This document shows positions 1 through 9,205 of a stretch of 60,519 nucleotides of DNA, in pieces. The notes under the pieces are model-generated. The model did no database searches, was not told the origin of the DNA, and worked only from the letters and a program-made list of their open reading frames with translations. A program made the position numbers and the translations under genes. Source of the stretch: a virus (lineage: Duplodnaviria; Caudoviricetes). Each line of letters opens with the position of its first letter. The stretch's first letter is position 1. The stretch spans positions 1-60,519 of IMG/VR virus record IMGVR_UViG_3300043394_000652, one strand, 5' to 3'.

Positions 1-348
1 AATGAAATGAGACCAACATATGAGCCAGTACTTTGGGGAACAGGAACAGATAGAATCAAAGCTTATGGATATATGGTGAACAATGATTCTTATAGAGACC
101 AATTAAATGTAAGAGCTGATTTTGGATTATTTGAAATCTCAAGAACTGATGACGATATTTCAGCAACTGCGGTTAGAAATGCTCTTTTAGCAAACGATGA
201 AAAGGAATTTAAGAAATTAACTCCTAACGCAATTCACCCAATGTACAATGAATTAAAGTCAAAAATCGAAGATTCAATGGGTGTTGTTGCCGAAAATGTT
301 TCAACAGAAATTATGACATTCGAACAGTTCATTAAAAAAGATATATAG
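1..348 (+). CDS. C-terminal part of a nucleotidyltransferase-like protein, probably truncated by the window edge
   Basis: Frame is open from base 1. The ISATAVRNAL segment resembles the C-terminal motif of HIGH-type cytidylyltransferase-like proteins. Ends with IMTFEQFI. Confidence 0.5.
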   Translation, partial: NEMRPTYEPVLWGTGTDRIKAYGYMVNNDSYRDQLNVRADFGLFEISRTDDDISATAVRNALLANDEKEFKKLTPNAIHPMYNELKSKIEDSMGVVAENVSTEIMTFEQFIKKDI

Positions 349-371
349 AATAAATAAAATAATAAGATATT

Positions 372-2438
372 ATGAATTTCAATCAATTTATAAATGAAGC
401 CAAAAAATTCAAAATAGGTGATAAATGGGAATGGAACCATGTTGATGGTGCTAAAACCGTTGAGATTATCGAAATTAAGCCTAATGGAGATGTTGTTGGT
501 AAAGTTGAAGGTACCTCAGATAATTTCATTGTTAGAGATGCTAATAAGTATTTAAAGAAAAAAGTGAATGAATCTGTTGTTAATGAAAAACTAGACAAAG
601 CAGCAACTAAGAAAGTGGCTGAAACATTGGCAAAAGCAATTTCAAAACATGATGGTTGCAAATGCACAGTTAACATGAAATCTCTAGAAGAAGCTTCATT
701 TGACCTAGACATTGATGGAGAAGAGTATGACGGAGGTTCATATTATATTAATGATAGTGAAGAAGTAGTTAATGCTGCCGTAACTCCACATGAAGTTTAT
801 GGAACTGTTAATTCTTCGGTTGAAGATTTTATCAAAGGATTAAAGAAGCCTGTAAAGGAATCATTTTTAGATGCATATGATAAAGATTCTGAAGAGTTAG
901 ACGAATCTAAAATTACAGTCAAAAGAAGATATACTGATAATCACCCAGCACACACTGTAGGTAAATTTGCTACTATTAGAAACAAAGTACTTGAAGCAAT
1001 TAAAGATGGTAAAATTTCTAATGAGGAATTTAACAATATTGTTAAGGAAATGACTAAAGATTCTAGCAGATGGTTAAAAAGAAACGCACAGTATTTTAAT
1101 GTATCTGAAGAAGGAATTACGCTTTCTAAGATAGGTATGCGAGTTTTAAACTCAATTACAGTTAATGAAGCTACAAAAAAGAATCCAGAAATTTGGGTTC
1201 CTGGTGGATTTGACAAAGAAATTGGAAAACATCCAAATGCAAAAATTACTAGAAAACTTGTATTAGATGCAGCTAAAAAATGGGATGTAAAACCTGAAGA
1301 TGCAATCGCATATGTTGAATATGGTTGGATGGTTGACTTAGATGAAAATAAACAAAATAATAATATGAACAACTCAAAATTTATCTATGAATCATTCTCA
1401 GAATTCATTGAGAATAGATTAAACGAAAACGATGAATCACTTTTAGAAGCGATTAAGTCTTCAATCCTATCAGGATTCATTAGCATGTATGCTGCTCCAA
1501 AGGATTTATTCAAAGCGTTTTATCAATATACCAAAGCAGATTTAAATGCAATTGAAGATGCTGATTTTATTGAAATGGCACCAAGCGAAGCTTACAAATC
1601 TAAAAATTTAGGTGCAGCTATTGTATTCTATGTTTCAAGAAATGAAAAGGTAAATCCATATGCATCAGCTGAAGGTTATAGTAATGGAATGATTCCTGGA
1701 AATGCTTTACTTGCAATTGCAAATGGTCAAAATGAATTCTTTGCATTAGAATTTGGTAGATATAACCATGCATATGACAGCAAAGGTAAAAGACATAGAA
1801 TTATGGCTAATGTTGGTAAAGATGCAAATAGAAAAGATACTGCAGGTATTAGTAAAGATTATAAAGGATGGAACGCATCAGGTCTTTCAAATGTAAAAAG
1901 AATCTCTGAAGTTGCCGATGTTGCTTACGTTTTACCAATGGATGTTATTAGAGCTAAATATAGCACTGAAGCCATTAAAAGACAAAGAGAAGAAGCTAAA
2001 AGAGGTGCAACTGCCCTAATGGACCCTAGAAAAATTAAAGATGAGAACATCGCTAAATATAAAGAAATCTTAGCACAAAGATTGTTAAACAAAGATGAGG
2101 CAATCGATAAAGAGGTTGAGAAAGTAGTAACAGGTGTTAATCAATTTATTATGGATGGATTTGCAGCTAAGCAAATGTCGCAATACGGTGAGATTATTTT
2201 GGGTCGCGATCCTAAAGGTAGAGAAATTCGTGTAAGTGATGCTACTAATTATCTTAAAAATGTTTTAGAATATTATGCAAAATATGTTAATGCTGCAAAC
2301 GCATTAGAAACTGCAAAATCTAAAGGAGAAGATAAATGGGAAGTCGACTACCAAGAGAAAGAAATTAAACGATATACTCTTTCGACAAGAGAATACTTAA
2401 AAAAATGGAATGATAAAACTCCAAATATTGCATGGTAA
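372..2438 (+). CDS. Large modular putative virion/internal head protein
   Basis: Starts MNFNQFINE, has repeated (V/L/I)NE junctions, and is preceded by GATATATA at 340-347. Confidence 0.55.
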   Translation: MNFNQFINEAKKFKIGDKWEWNHVDGAKTVEIIEIKPNGDVVGKVEGTSDNFIVRDANKYLKKKVNESVVNEKLDKAATKKVAETLAKAISKHDGCKCTVNMKSLEEASFDLDIDGEEYDGGSYYINDSEEVVNAAVTPHEVYGTVNSSVEDFIKGLKKPVKESFLDAYDKDSEELDESKITVKRRYTDNHPAHTVGKFATIRNKVLEAIKDGKISNEEFNNIVKEMTKDSSRWLKRNAQYFNVSEEGITLSKIGMRVLNSITVNEATKKNPEIWVPGGFDKEIGKHPNAKITRKLVLDAAKKWDVKPEDAIAYVEYGWMVDLDENKQNNNMNNSKFIYESFSEFIENRLNENDESLLEAIKSSILSGFISMYAAPKDLFKAFYQYTKADLNAIEDADFIEMAPSEAYKSKNLGAAIVFYVSRNEKVNPYASAEGYSNGMIPGNALLAIANGQNEFFALEFGRYNHAYDSKGKRHRIMANVGKDANRKDTAGISKDYKGWNASGLSNVKRISEVADVAYVLPMDVIRAKYSTEAIKRQREEAKRGATALMDPRKIKDENIAKYKEILAQRLLNKDEAIDKEVEKVVTGVNQFIMDGFAAKQMSQYGEIILGRDPKGREIRVSDATNYLKNVLEYYAKYVNAANALETAKSKGEDKWEVDYQEKEIKRYTLSTREYLKKWNDKTPNIAW

Positions 2439-2440
2439 TT

Positions 2441-2986
2441 ATGAAGCATGTTAAACTATACGAGGAATTCGTAAATGAAAAAGTATACAGACTTACTGGT
2501 ATGTATGGATCAAAGGGTATCATTGGTAAAGTGATGCAGGCTTTTAAAAAGGAAATTGAAAGAGTTAAATTCGAAGGTGATGCTGAAGATACTTTAAAGG
2601 AAATTAATGATGCATGGGAGGATTTCAAAAAAGATGGTATTAAAATCATTTTAGCAGACGTTAATAAGACAGTTAAACACATGGAAGATGTTGTATATGT
2701 TCATGCTGCTGGATTTGCTGGAACTGGAACGTGGGTTGCAGATACAGTAAATAAATTAAATAGCCCAGGTGCATCTACATTATATGTTTGTCTTGATAAA
2801 GAATTCGTAATCAACGTTGGATTTGCTGATGATGTTGATGCTGGAAAATACTCTAGAAAACTTGGTGGAATGACAAACACTGCAATCGCAATCGGCGAAG
2901 ATATTTATGGTGCATTCGATGCCGAAATTGGATATAATAATGTCGAGATTAGAGGAAACGAATTTATGAATATTGACGCAAAATAA
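2441..2986 (+). CDS. Hypothetical protein with MKHVKLYEEFVNE N-terminal tag
   Basis: ATG at 2441 follows the upstream stop and begins the shared N-terminal motif. Confidence 0.7.
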   Translation: MKHVKLYEEFVNEKVYRLTGMYGSKGIIGKVMQAFKKEIERVKFEGDAEDTLKEINDAWEDFKKDGIKIILADVNKTVKHMEDVVYVHAAGFAGTGTWVADTVNKLNSPGASTLYVCLDKEFVINVGFADDVDAGKYSRKLGGMTNTAIAIGEDIYGAFDAEIGYNNVEIRGNEFMNIDAK

Positions 2987-2997
2987 AATTAATAATT

Positions 2998-3345
2998 ATG
3001 CCAAGTACAAGTAAATCACAACAAAGACTGATGGGTATGGCCTACTCTCTTAAAAAGGGAGAAATGGATCCAAAGGACGCAAGCCAAGAAGTCAAGGATC
3101 TAGCTGATTCAATGACACTTCAACAATTGAAAGATTTTGCATCTACCAAACATGAGGACTTACCTGAAAAGGCAGATGAAAATCTAACACCTGCAAATAT
3201 TGGAGGTATGGGAGCAACTCTTTTACCAACAGCAACTCAACCAGGTTCAGGAGATATTTTATCAGGTCCTGGAGACGCAGACGAAGAATATAAAAAGAAG
3301 CGTAAAAAGTTTCTTAAAACATTTGAACAATTTATAAATTCATAA
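2998..3345 (+). CDS. DUF3008-like small phage protein
   Basis: MPSTSKSQQRLMGMA...LKDFASTKHEDLPEK pattern; C-terminal LKTFEQFINS. Confidence 0.6.
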   Translation: MPSTSKSQQRLMGMAYSLKKGEMDPKDASQEVKDLADSMTLQQLKDFASTKHEDLPEKADENLTPANIGGMGATLLPTATQPGSGDILSGPGDADEEYKKKRKKFLKTFEQFINS

Positions 3346-3360
3346 CTCTAGAAAGGAAGT

Positions 3361-3388
3361 GAAACAAAAACGAAAGGCTCAGTATAAT
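3361..3388 (+). promoter_or_regulatory. Putative middle promoter GAAACA-N16-TATAAT
   Basis: Same motif and spacing recur at 3658, 5871, 13565, 17189, 23515 (N17), 32536, 34831 and 48685. Confidence 0.7.
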
Positions 3389-3402
3389 TACTGAGCTTTT
3401 TT
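3374..3402 (+). terminator. Intrinsic terminator overlapping the promoter
   Basis: GCTCAGT/ACTGAGC stem followed by a T-run. Confidence 0.7.
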
Positions 3403-3414
3403 AATTTAAATAGT

Positions 3415-3684
3415 ATGCAATATCTTTTTAGACCTGAAAATTGGAGCGAGTGGTCAAAACTTGCAGTTGAAAAAATCAATAAGGTAATAGATTCATGCGA
3501 ATCTAAAGAACATCTTGATGTTGCAAGAACAATGATTTCTAATTATGTATTTATTACAGCATTGGAAGATGGAACTGACGAGAAGACCCTAGAAGATATT
3601 ATGGAATTGTTTTGGTTTAAATTAGATTTAAAATCAAAATTAATTTCTCAAAAATTTGAAACAAAAGAAACTCAATTAGTATAA
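3415..3684 (+). CDS. Hypothetical protein
   Basis: 89 aa ORF downstream of a promoter motif. Confidence 0.65.
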   Translation: MQYLFRPENWSEWSKLAVEKINKVIDSCESKEHLDVARTMISNYVFITALEDGTDEKTLEDIMELFWFKLDLKSKLISQKFETKETQLV

Positions 3685-3707
3685 TTTAAGAATTTAAAAG
3701 AAACATT

Positions 3708-5135
3708 ATGAAATTTGTAGACGCTTTAAGACAAGAGGACATGGTAACAGAAAACGGAATGGCAACAAACTCAACTTCATTGAGTGCATGTGTTGACCTA
3801 TTTTTTAATATTGGTGCACTTCGAGGCCAAGATAAAACCCGTCTAATCTCTAATTTTTCTAAGGCGTTTAATGAAGATCCTAAACGTGCAATGAAAATTT
3901 TGTTTTGGGCACGCGATGTGCGTGGTGGAGCTGGAGAGCGTCAAATCTTTAGAGATGTGATGGCTTATTTAGCAGAAAACCATGATTTGGCTCTTAAACC
4001 AAATTTACACTTAATCCCAGAATATGGTCGTTGGGATGACTTACTAACACTTGTAGGAACTCGTTTGGAAAATGACGCATTCACATTAATTTCAGATGCT
4101 TTAATCGCTGAAAATGGTTTATGTGCAAAATGGATGCCACGTAAAGGATTTGTAGCTGAAAAGTTACGTAAATTTACAGGTATGTCTCCAAAGCAATATC
4201 GTAAATCTTTAGTTGGTTTGACTAATGTTGTTGAAACTAAAATGTGTGCCGGTGAATGGGATTCTATTGAATTTGGTAAATTACCATCAGTTGCCTCAGC
4301 GCGTTATCAAAAAGCTTTTGGTAAAAATGCATACGAAAGTTATTCAGCGTATATCCAATCTTTGGTGAAAGGTGAGGCTAAAATTAATGCAGGTGCAGTT
4401 TATCCTTACGACATTACAAAATCATTAAAACACGGAAAGTGGGAAGTTGCTAATGAGCAATGGAAAGCTCTTCCAAACTATATGGAAGGTTCTAATGAAA
4501 TGTTGTTACCTTTGGTTGATGTTTCAGGTTCAATGGAAACTGCAGCAGGTGGAAATCCAAATGTGACTTGTATGGATGTTGCAATTTCATTAGGTCTTTA
4601 TATTTCTGAAAGAAATGAAGGTGCCTTTAAAGATGCATTTATTACATTTTCAGATAATCCACAGTTACAAGTATTAAGTGGCTCATTAAAGGATCGCTAC
4701 ACACAGATGGCAAGAGCCGATTGGGGAATGTCAACGAATCTTGAGGCAGCCTTTAAGCTGATTTTAAATCAGGCCACTAAACATAATTTATCCCAAGATG
4801 AGATGCCAACTAAATTGTTAATCCTATCGGATATGGAATTTAATTATGCAACTCGAACTAGCAGTTGGGGAAATGAAACAAAATGGAATCCAACGGCTCA
4901 ACAGATGATTGAAAAAATGTATGTGGATGCAGGTTATAAAATGCCTCAAATCGTTTACTGGAATATTCAATCAAGAAACGGTGGAATTCCAGTTGCATTT
5001 GACAAACAAGGAACTGCATTAGTAAGTGGATTTTCACCAGCAATTATGTCTTCATTAGTTAAAGGTGAAATCACATCACCTCAACAAATTATGGATGATA
5101 CTATCTTAGGCGAAAGATATTCTCAAATAGTCTAA
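3708..5135 (+). CDS. DUF2828-family TROVE/Ro60-like protein with C-terminal vWA domain
   Basis: TENG, RDVRGGAGER, YGRWDDL, AKWMPR, vWA MIDAS DVSGSM, ILSDMEF, YWN and VSGFS motifs. Confidence 0.85.
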   Translation: MKFVDALRQEDMVTENGMATNSTSLSACVDLFFNIGALRGQDKTRLISNFSKAFNEDPKRAMKILFWARDVRGGAGERQIFRDVMAYLAENHDLALKPNLHLIPEYGRWDDLLTLVGTRLENDAFTLISDALIAENGLCAKWMPRKGFVAEKLRKFTGMSPKQYRKSLVGLTNVVETKMCAGEWDSIEFGKLPSVASARYQKAFGKNAYESYSAYIQSLVKGEAKINAGAVYPYDITKSLKHGKWEVANEQWKALPNYMEGSNEMLLPLVDVSGSMETAAGGNPNVTCMDVAISLGLYISERNEGAFKDAFITFSDNPQLQVLSGSLKDRYTQMARADWGMSTNLEAAFKLILNQATKHNLSQDEMPTKLLILSDMEFNYATRTSSWGNETKWNPTAQQMIEKMYVDAGYKMPQIVYWNIQSRNGGIPVAFDKQGTALVSGFSPAIMSSLVKGEITSPQQIMDDTILGERYSQIV

Positions 5136-5162
5136 GATATATAATAAAAATAATATAGAACG

Positions 5163-5483
5163 ATGAAGCATATTAAATTATTTGAACAATTCTTAAACGA
5201 AGGTTCAATTTGGAAAACAAATGATGGTTTAGGAATTAATCAATTAACTGCTAAATCTATTAACTCAGACATTAAGAAGATTATTAAAGCAAAAAACACA
5301 ATTGAAGGTAAAGATGGAAACATTCTTACCGATGATAAAGGAAACATTGTATTTTTTGAAGTAACTTCGATTGGAGAAGAAGTTGCAAAAGAACTTAAAG
5401 GTTCAGTTGTAACAAAAATTGAAACTAAAGATGGTTTAACACACTCTGCATCTTCTAGAGGTGGAGTAATGATAACTATCTAA
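5163..5483 (+). CDS. Hypothetical protein with MKHIKLFEQFLNE tag
   Basis: Shared N-terminal motif; GATATATA at 5136-5143. Confidence 0.7.
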   Translation: MKHIKLFEQFLNEGSIWKTNDGLGINQLTAKSINSDIKKIIKAKNTIEGKDGNILTDDKGNIVFFEVTSIGEEVAKELKGSVVTKIETKDGLTHSASSRGGVMITI

Positions 5484-5492
5484 TAATAAAAT

Positions 5493-5555
5493 TGGTTCCT
5501 TACAGCAACACATATCAATATTTATACAGTTAAGCAAATAAGGAAACGGAACCAG
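5493..5555 (+). ncRNA. Putative small RNA, ACAGC family unit 1
   Basis: TGGTTCC (5493-5499) pairs with GGAACCA (5548-5554); TACAGCAA starts one base after the 5' strand. Confidence 0.55.
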
Positions 5556-5557
5556 GT

Positions 5558-5813
5558 GGATCGGTACAGCAAAAAGTACACAAACTATGACAGAGGTCTG
5601 GAATAAAGTGGAGTTTTAGAATGGTTCGCCCTCTAAAATGTTGAAGCTTCAGACAAGGTGAAGACTAACATCGAAAATAGTCAAACGTCATACCACCCCA
5701 AATAGGAAGTAAGTAGGATGGGTCGAAGGTTTAGTAGACGCTCGCGAAAGCAAAGGCCGAAGACGTAAAAGAGGGTTATTCCGCCGGGAAGAAAATCACG
5801 AACAACGATCCCG
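5558..5813 (+). ncRNA. Putative ~255 nt structured RNA, ACAGC family unit 2
   Basis: GGATCG (5558-5563) pairs with CGATCC (5806-5811), TACAGCAA at 5565-5572, several internal helices, GC-richer than flanks, no ORF in the track, terminator follows. Confidence 0.6.
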
Positions 5814-5822
5814 TAAAAATTA

Positions 5823-5849
5823 AATCCCATAGCAATATGGGATTTTTTT
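5823..5849 (+). terminator. Intrinsic terminator
   Basis: AATCCCATA-GCAA-TATGGGATT plus T-run. Confidence 0.85.
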
Positions 5850-5915
5850 ATGTAAAGTTCACAGTTTTACGAAACATTACCCATAAATTTTATATAATAT
5901 CTAAACAATAATCAT

Positions 5916-6185
5916 ATGAATATTTTAGAAGAAGCTAATCAAATAGTAAATCACAGATCTGAAGAAGCAGATCGTAATTATGGTCCTTTCTCAGAAGGAA
6001 TGGATAGAGCTGCCATGATTTTTCAAGGCATGACTGGAATTGAAGTTACAGGTGAACATATGTTTAAAGCACTTGTGGCTCTTAAGTTTTCTCGCGAATC
6101 TTATAATCACAAACGCGATAATTTATTGGATGCAGTTGCATATATTCAAGGCTTAGACAACTACATTAACGAAAATTCAAAATAA
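5916..6185 (+). CDS. DUF6378-like small all-alpha protein (nucleotide-modification associated)
   Basis: ILEEA...R..YG...LKFSRE...HKRDNLLDAVAY pattern. Confidence 0.7.
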   Translation: MNILEEANQIVNHRSEEADRNYGPFSEGMDRAAMIFQGMTGIEVTGEHMFKALVALKFSRESYNHKRDNLLDAVAYIQGLDNYINENSK

Positions 6186-6186
6186 C

Positions 6187-7281
6187 ATGAAGATTCTATT
6201 TACAGGCTGTACTGCCAAACAAACTGACGATGATGCATGGAAACGTGCAAGAGTAAAACGTATTGATGATAGTTCTATTATCTGCAACTCACTTAGAAAG
6301 CAGGGTTATCAAGTTGACAGAAAAACTGTTAAATGGGGAGATGACCTTTCAGAATATGGATTGGCAATTGTAGGACTTGGGCAATTTGGTTCTAACAACT
6401 ATTCGGGAGAAATCTTTAATGCAATATATGCACTAAAGAATGTTAAGAATGTAATCATTTTTCATGAAGATTGGAAAATCGATGGAACTATGAAATCATG
6501 GACATCAATGTTAAATGAAGAGGTATTTAACAAATCAATCTCTAAGAAATGGAGTGATGGTAGACATTTTTATGGAGGTGTTGGCAATCCAAATTTCAAT
6601 CCAACTGAGGCAATGGAAATTATTCGTAAGGTTGTGGATGGAGAATTTGAAAATGCACTAATTCCTGCATTCGACTGGGGTAATAAAGAAAAGGTTAGAG
6701 ATATTATTAAAGCTAAAAATATTTTTAATATCGACCTAACTCCTTATGTGTTAGAGGATTGGAATATTAGCTTAGAGGTTACTCCTCAACCCAAAGAACG
6801 TAAACATATGCTGGCATCTCTTGTTGACCACAGACCATGGGTACGTAGAAATAAATTAAAATGGCCAGTTGATTATTTTGGTGCAAAGAGTATTAAGGAG
6901 GCTCGTCAACTTGCAACCGAAACTGATGTATTTGAAGCTTGTGGAAAATATTGGGGAATTCTTTGTCCTGAATATCCACATGCAGGTTCTGGTTGGTTCA
7001 GAATCAGATGGATTTATGCTGCAATCCAGCAATCTGTATTATTATCCTCTCCTAAAGACCTAGAGGCACTCGGTCTACCTGTGGTAAACATTGAGACTTT
7101 AAGTGATAGTGAATTGGCTAATTACGCAAAGTCACAGGCAGACACTGTATTGTCTTATATGTGGACTAAAGAAAAGTTCGATACGAAGGTTGATGAAATT
7201 GTAAGCACTTTATGTGATTCATTGACAAAAAACAAAGAGGCAAATACATCAAAAACACTTAAACAAAGCGCTCTTTTTTAA
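6187..7281 (+). CDS. Putative GT-B fold (beta-glucosyltransferase-like) DNA modification enzyme
   Basis: N-terminal MKILFTG Rossmann-like strand, 364 aa size, GILCPEYPHAGSGWFRIR motif, located between a DUF6378-like gene and a dCTPase. Confidence 0.45.
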   Translation: MKILFTGCTAKQTDDDAWKRARVKRIDDSSIICNSLRKQGYQVDRKTVKWGDDLSEYGLAIVGLGQFGSNNYSGEIFNAIYALKNVKNVIIFHEDWKIDGTMKSWTSMLNEEVFNKSISKKWSDGRHFYGGVGNPNFNPTEAMEIIRKVVDGEFENALIPAFDWGNKEKVRDIIKAKNIFNIDLTPYVLEDWNISLEVTPQPKERKHMLASLVDHRPWVRRNKLKWPVDYFGAKSIKEARQLATETDVFEACGKYWGILCPEYPHAGSGWFRIRWIYAAIQQSVLLSSPKDLEALGLPVVNIETLSDSELANYAKSQADTVLSYMWTKEKFDTKVDEIVSTLCDSLTKNKEANTSKTLKQSALF

Positions 7282-7303
7282 TAAAAGAATAAATAAATTT
7301 ATT

Positions 7304-7771
7304 ATGGCAAATATAGACAATGAATGTAAAGATTTAGAAGTAAAAGACTTCTATAATGATTCCACAACACACTTAGCCGATATCATGGAAAACCAAAAGA
7401 AAATGCAAGAGCAAACTTATGGTTTTAAATTTGAAGATATGACGATTAGAGAAGTAATGAACTTCTGGCATGTAAATACGCATGCAGTTATTGACGAAAT
7501 CCATGAAATGACAGATGCATTAGGTGGAATTAAAGATGGTGATGGTAACGCGGTTTGGAAATACTGGAAAAAAGCACATAGCAAATATGAAACTATGAAA
7601 ATTTCCGACCTATCTGAAGGTGATAAAAAGGAATTGTATATGGAATGGGTAGACATTCTACATTTCTTTATTAATTATGCTGCATCAATTGGATTAGATG
7701 CAAAAACAGCATACAATTATTATTTCGCAAAAGCAGAGGAAAACGTTAATCGCCAAAAAAACAACTATTAA
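7304..7771 (+). CDS. gp56: dCTP pyrophosphatase/dUTPase, T4 gp56-like
   Basis: NEC near the N-terminus, DEIHE, AVWKYWK, EWVDILHF and ENVNRQKNNY follow the T4 gp56 pattern. Confidence 0.85.
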   Translation: MANIDNECKDLEVKDFYNDSTTHLADIMENQKKMQEQTYGFKFEDMTIREVMNFWHVNTHAVIDEIHEMTDALGGIKDGDGNAVWKYWKKAHSKYETMKISDLSEGDKKELYMEWVDILHFFINYAASIGLDAKTAYNYYFAKAEENVNRQKNNY

Positions 7772-9168
7772 TGATATTAGATATCGAACAAAGAGAAAAG
7801 GATATTATTATCTCTTATTTTAATGAAAAAGGTGAAGTAGCATTCAAACAATATCCAGTTGACAAATTCCAAAACTGGTATGTATGTGATGACAAAGATA
7901 AAGCTGCGAGCACTCAATATAAAAATTGGGATGGCCGCAGTGTAAAATTAGGATATGGAAAACAATACAACAAGTTTTCCATTCTATATTTTATGGATTC
8001 TCTATCTGAAAGAGATAAAGCAGACCTAAGTGCTTACAACATGCCAAAGACATACTTTGTCGATATTGAAACTGAAATCGTTGATGGATTTCCAAAGGCT
8101 GAAGAGGCTAAAAGTAGAATCCTTTCATTCTCAATTATCACACCAGATCGTAAAGCAATTGTATTGGGTCTTGAAGACATGGATTCTGAAAACATTAAGA
8201 AAATTCAAGATGATACAAATGAGTACTTTAAAGATTTCGACATGGATTGGGAATTTAAGTACCACAAGTTTAAATCTGAATATGATATGGTGTACACATT
8301 CTTGATGAAGTTCTTACCTAAATTTCCAATGATGACAGGATGGAACTTTATTAACTATGACTGGCAATATATTGTAAATCGTTGTAAAAGATTACAGATT
8401 GATATTACAGAAGTTGGAATGACAAACGCAGTTGATAAAACAGATCAAAGACCACTACACATTGGAATTCTTGACTACATGCAATTATATGATAAATATG
8501 ACCGCTCTGTTAAGGTAAAAGAATCTAATTCATTGGACTATGTTTCAAGCCAAGTCTTAAATGTGAATAAGATTAAATTCACAGGTTCATTACAAGATTT
8601 ATATAGAGATAATTTTACAAAGTATATCTATTATAACGTAGTCGATTCTGTATTGGTTTATTATATTGACCAGAAATTAAAATCGATGGAAGTACTTTTA
8701 ACGCTGGCAAATATTACAAACATGCCATTGTATAAAGCAAGTTCTCCAGTGGCAGTTACTGAAGCTATTATGGCAAGAAAATTGGCAGAGCAAGGCATGC
8801 GAATTGGAAGCGAGGAAAAAATTGATGGACAAAAAGATGGTCAATATGCTGGAGCCTTTGTAAAGGAACCGATTCTTGGATTCTATGAAGGTGTAAGTGC
8901 ATTTGACTTTGCTTCCCTATATCCTTCAATTATGCGACAGTTTAATATTTCACCTGATGCATATATTGAAAAAATAAATAGAAGCGAAATTCCAGAACGC
9001 AGAAAAAACAAAGAAGTTATTGTGTGCGATAACGGTGTAGTTTACAATACTGAAGATTCAATTCTTAGAAAAATTTTAAGTGACCTTTATGCTCAACGTA
9101 AAGATTATAAGAAAACATCGTATGAGTATTACACTAAAGCTGACCAGTACAGAAAATTACTAAAATAA
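7771..9168 (+). CDS. gp43A: Family-B DNA polymerase, N-terminal half (3'-5' exonuclease, motif A, first fingers helix)
   Basis: Exo I DIETE, Exo II GWNFINYDWQYI, Exo III YNVVD, motif A FDFASLYPSIM; ends just after LYAQRKDYKK. Confidence 0.9.
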   Translation: MILDIEQREKDIIISYFNEKGEVAFKQYPVDKFQNWYVCDDKDKAASTQYKNWDGRSVKLGYGKQYNKFSILYFMDSLSERDKADLSAYNMPKTYFVDIETEIVDGFPKAEEAKSRILSFSIITPDRKAIVLGLEDMDSENIKKIQDDTNEYFKDFDMDWEFKYHKFKSEYDMVYTFLMKFLPKFPMMTGWNFINYDWQYIVNRCKRLQIDITEVGMTNAVDKTDQRPLHIGILDYMQLYDKYDRSVKVKESNSLDYVSSQVLNVNKIKFTGSLQDLYRDNFTKYIYYNVVDSVLVYYIDQKLKSMEVLLTLANITNMPLYKASSPVAVTEAIMARKLAEQGMRIGSEEKIDGQKDGQYAGAFVKEPILGFYEGVSAFDFASLYPSIMRQFNISPDAYIEKINRSEIPERRKNKEVIVCDNGVVYNTEDSILRKILSDLYAQRKDYKKTSYEYYTKADQYRKLLK

Positions 9169-9205
9169 CAATTATATATAATTAACAAAAATAAAAATTA
9201 CACAC

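Noticed and set aside
5658-5686. Group I intron R/S elements (GACTA...TAGTC)
   Set aside because: Only about 10 nt separate them, leaving no room for P3/P8, and no interrupted gene flanks the region.
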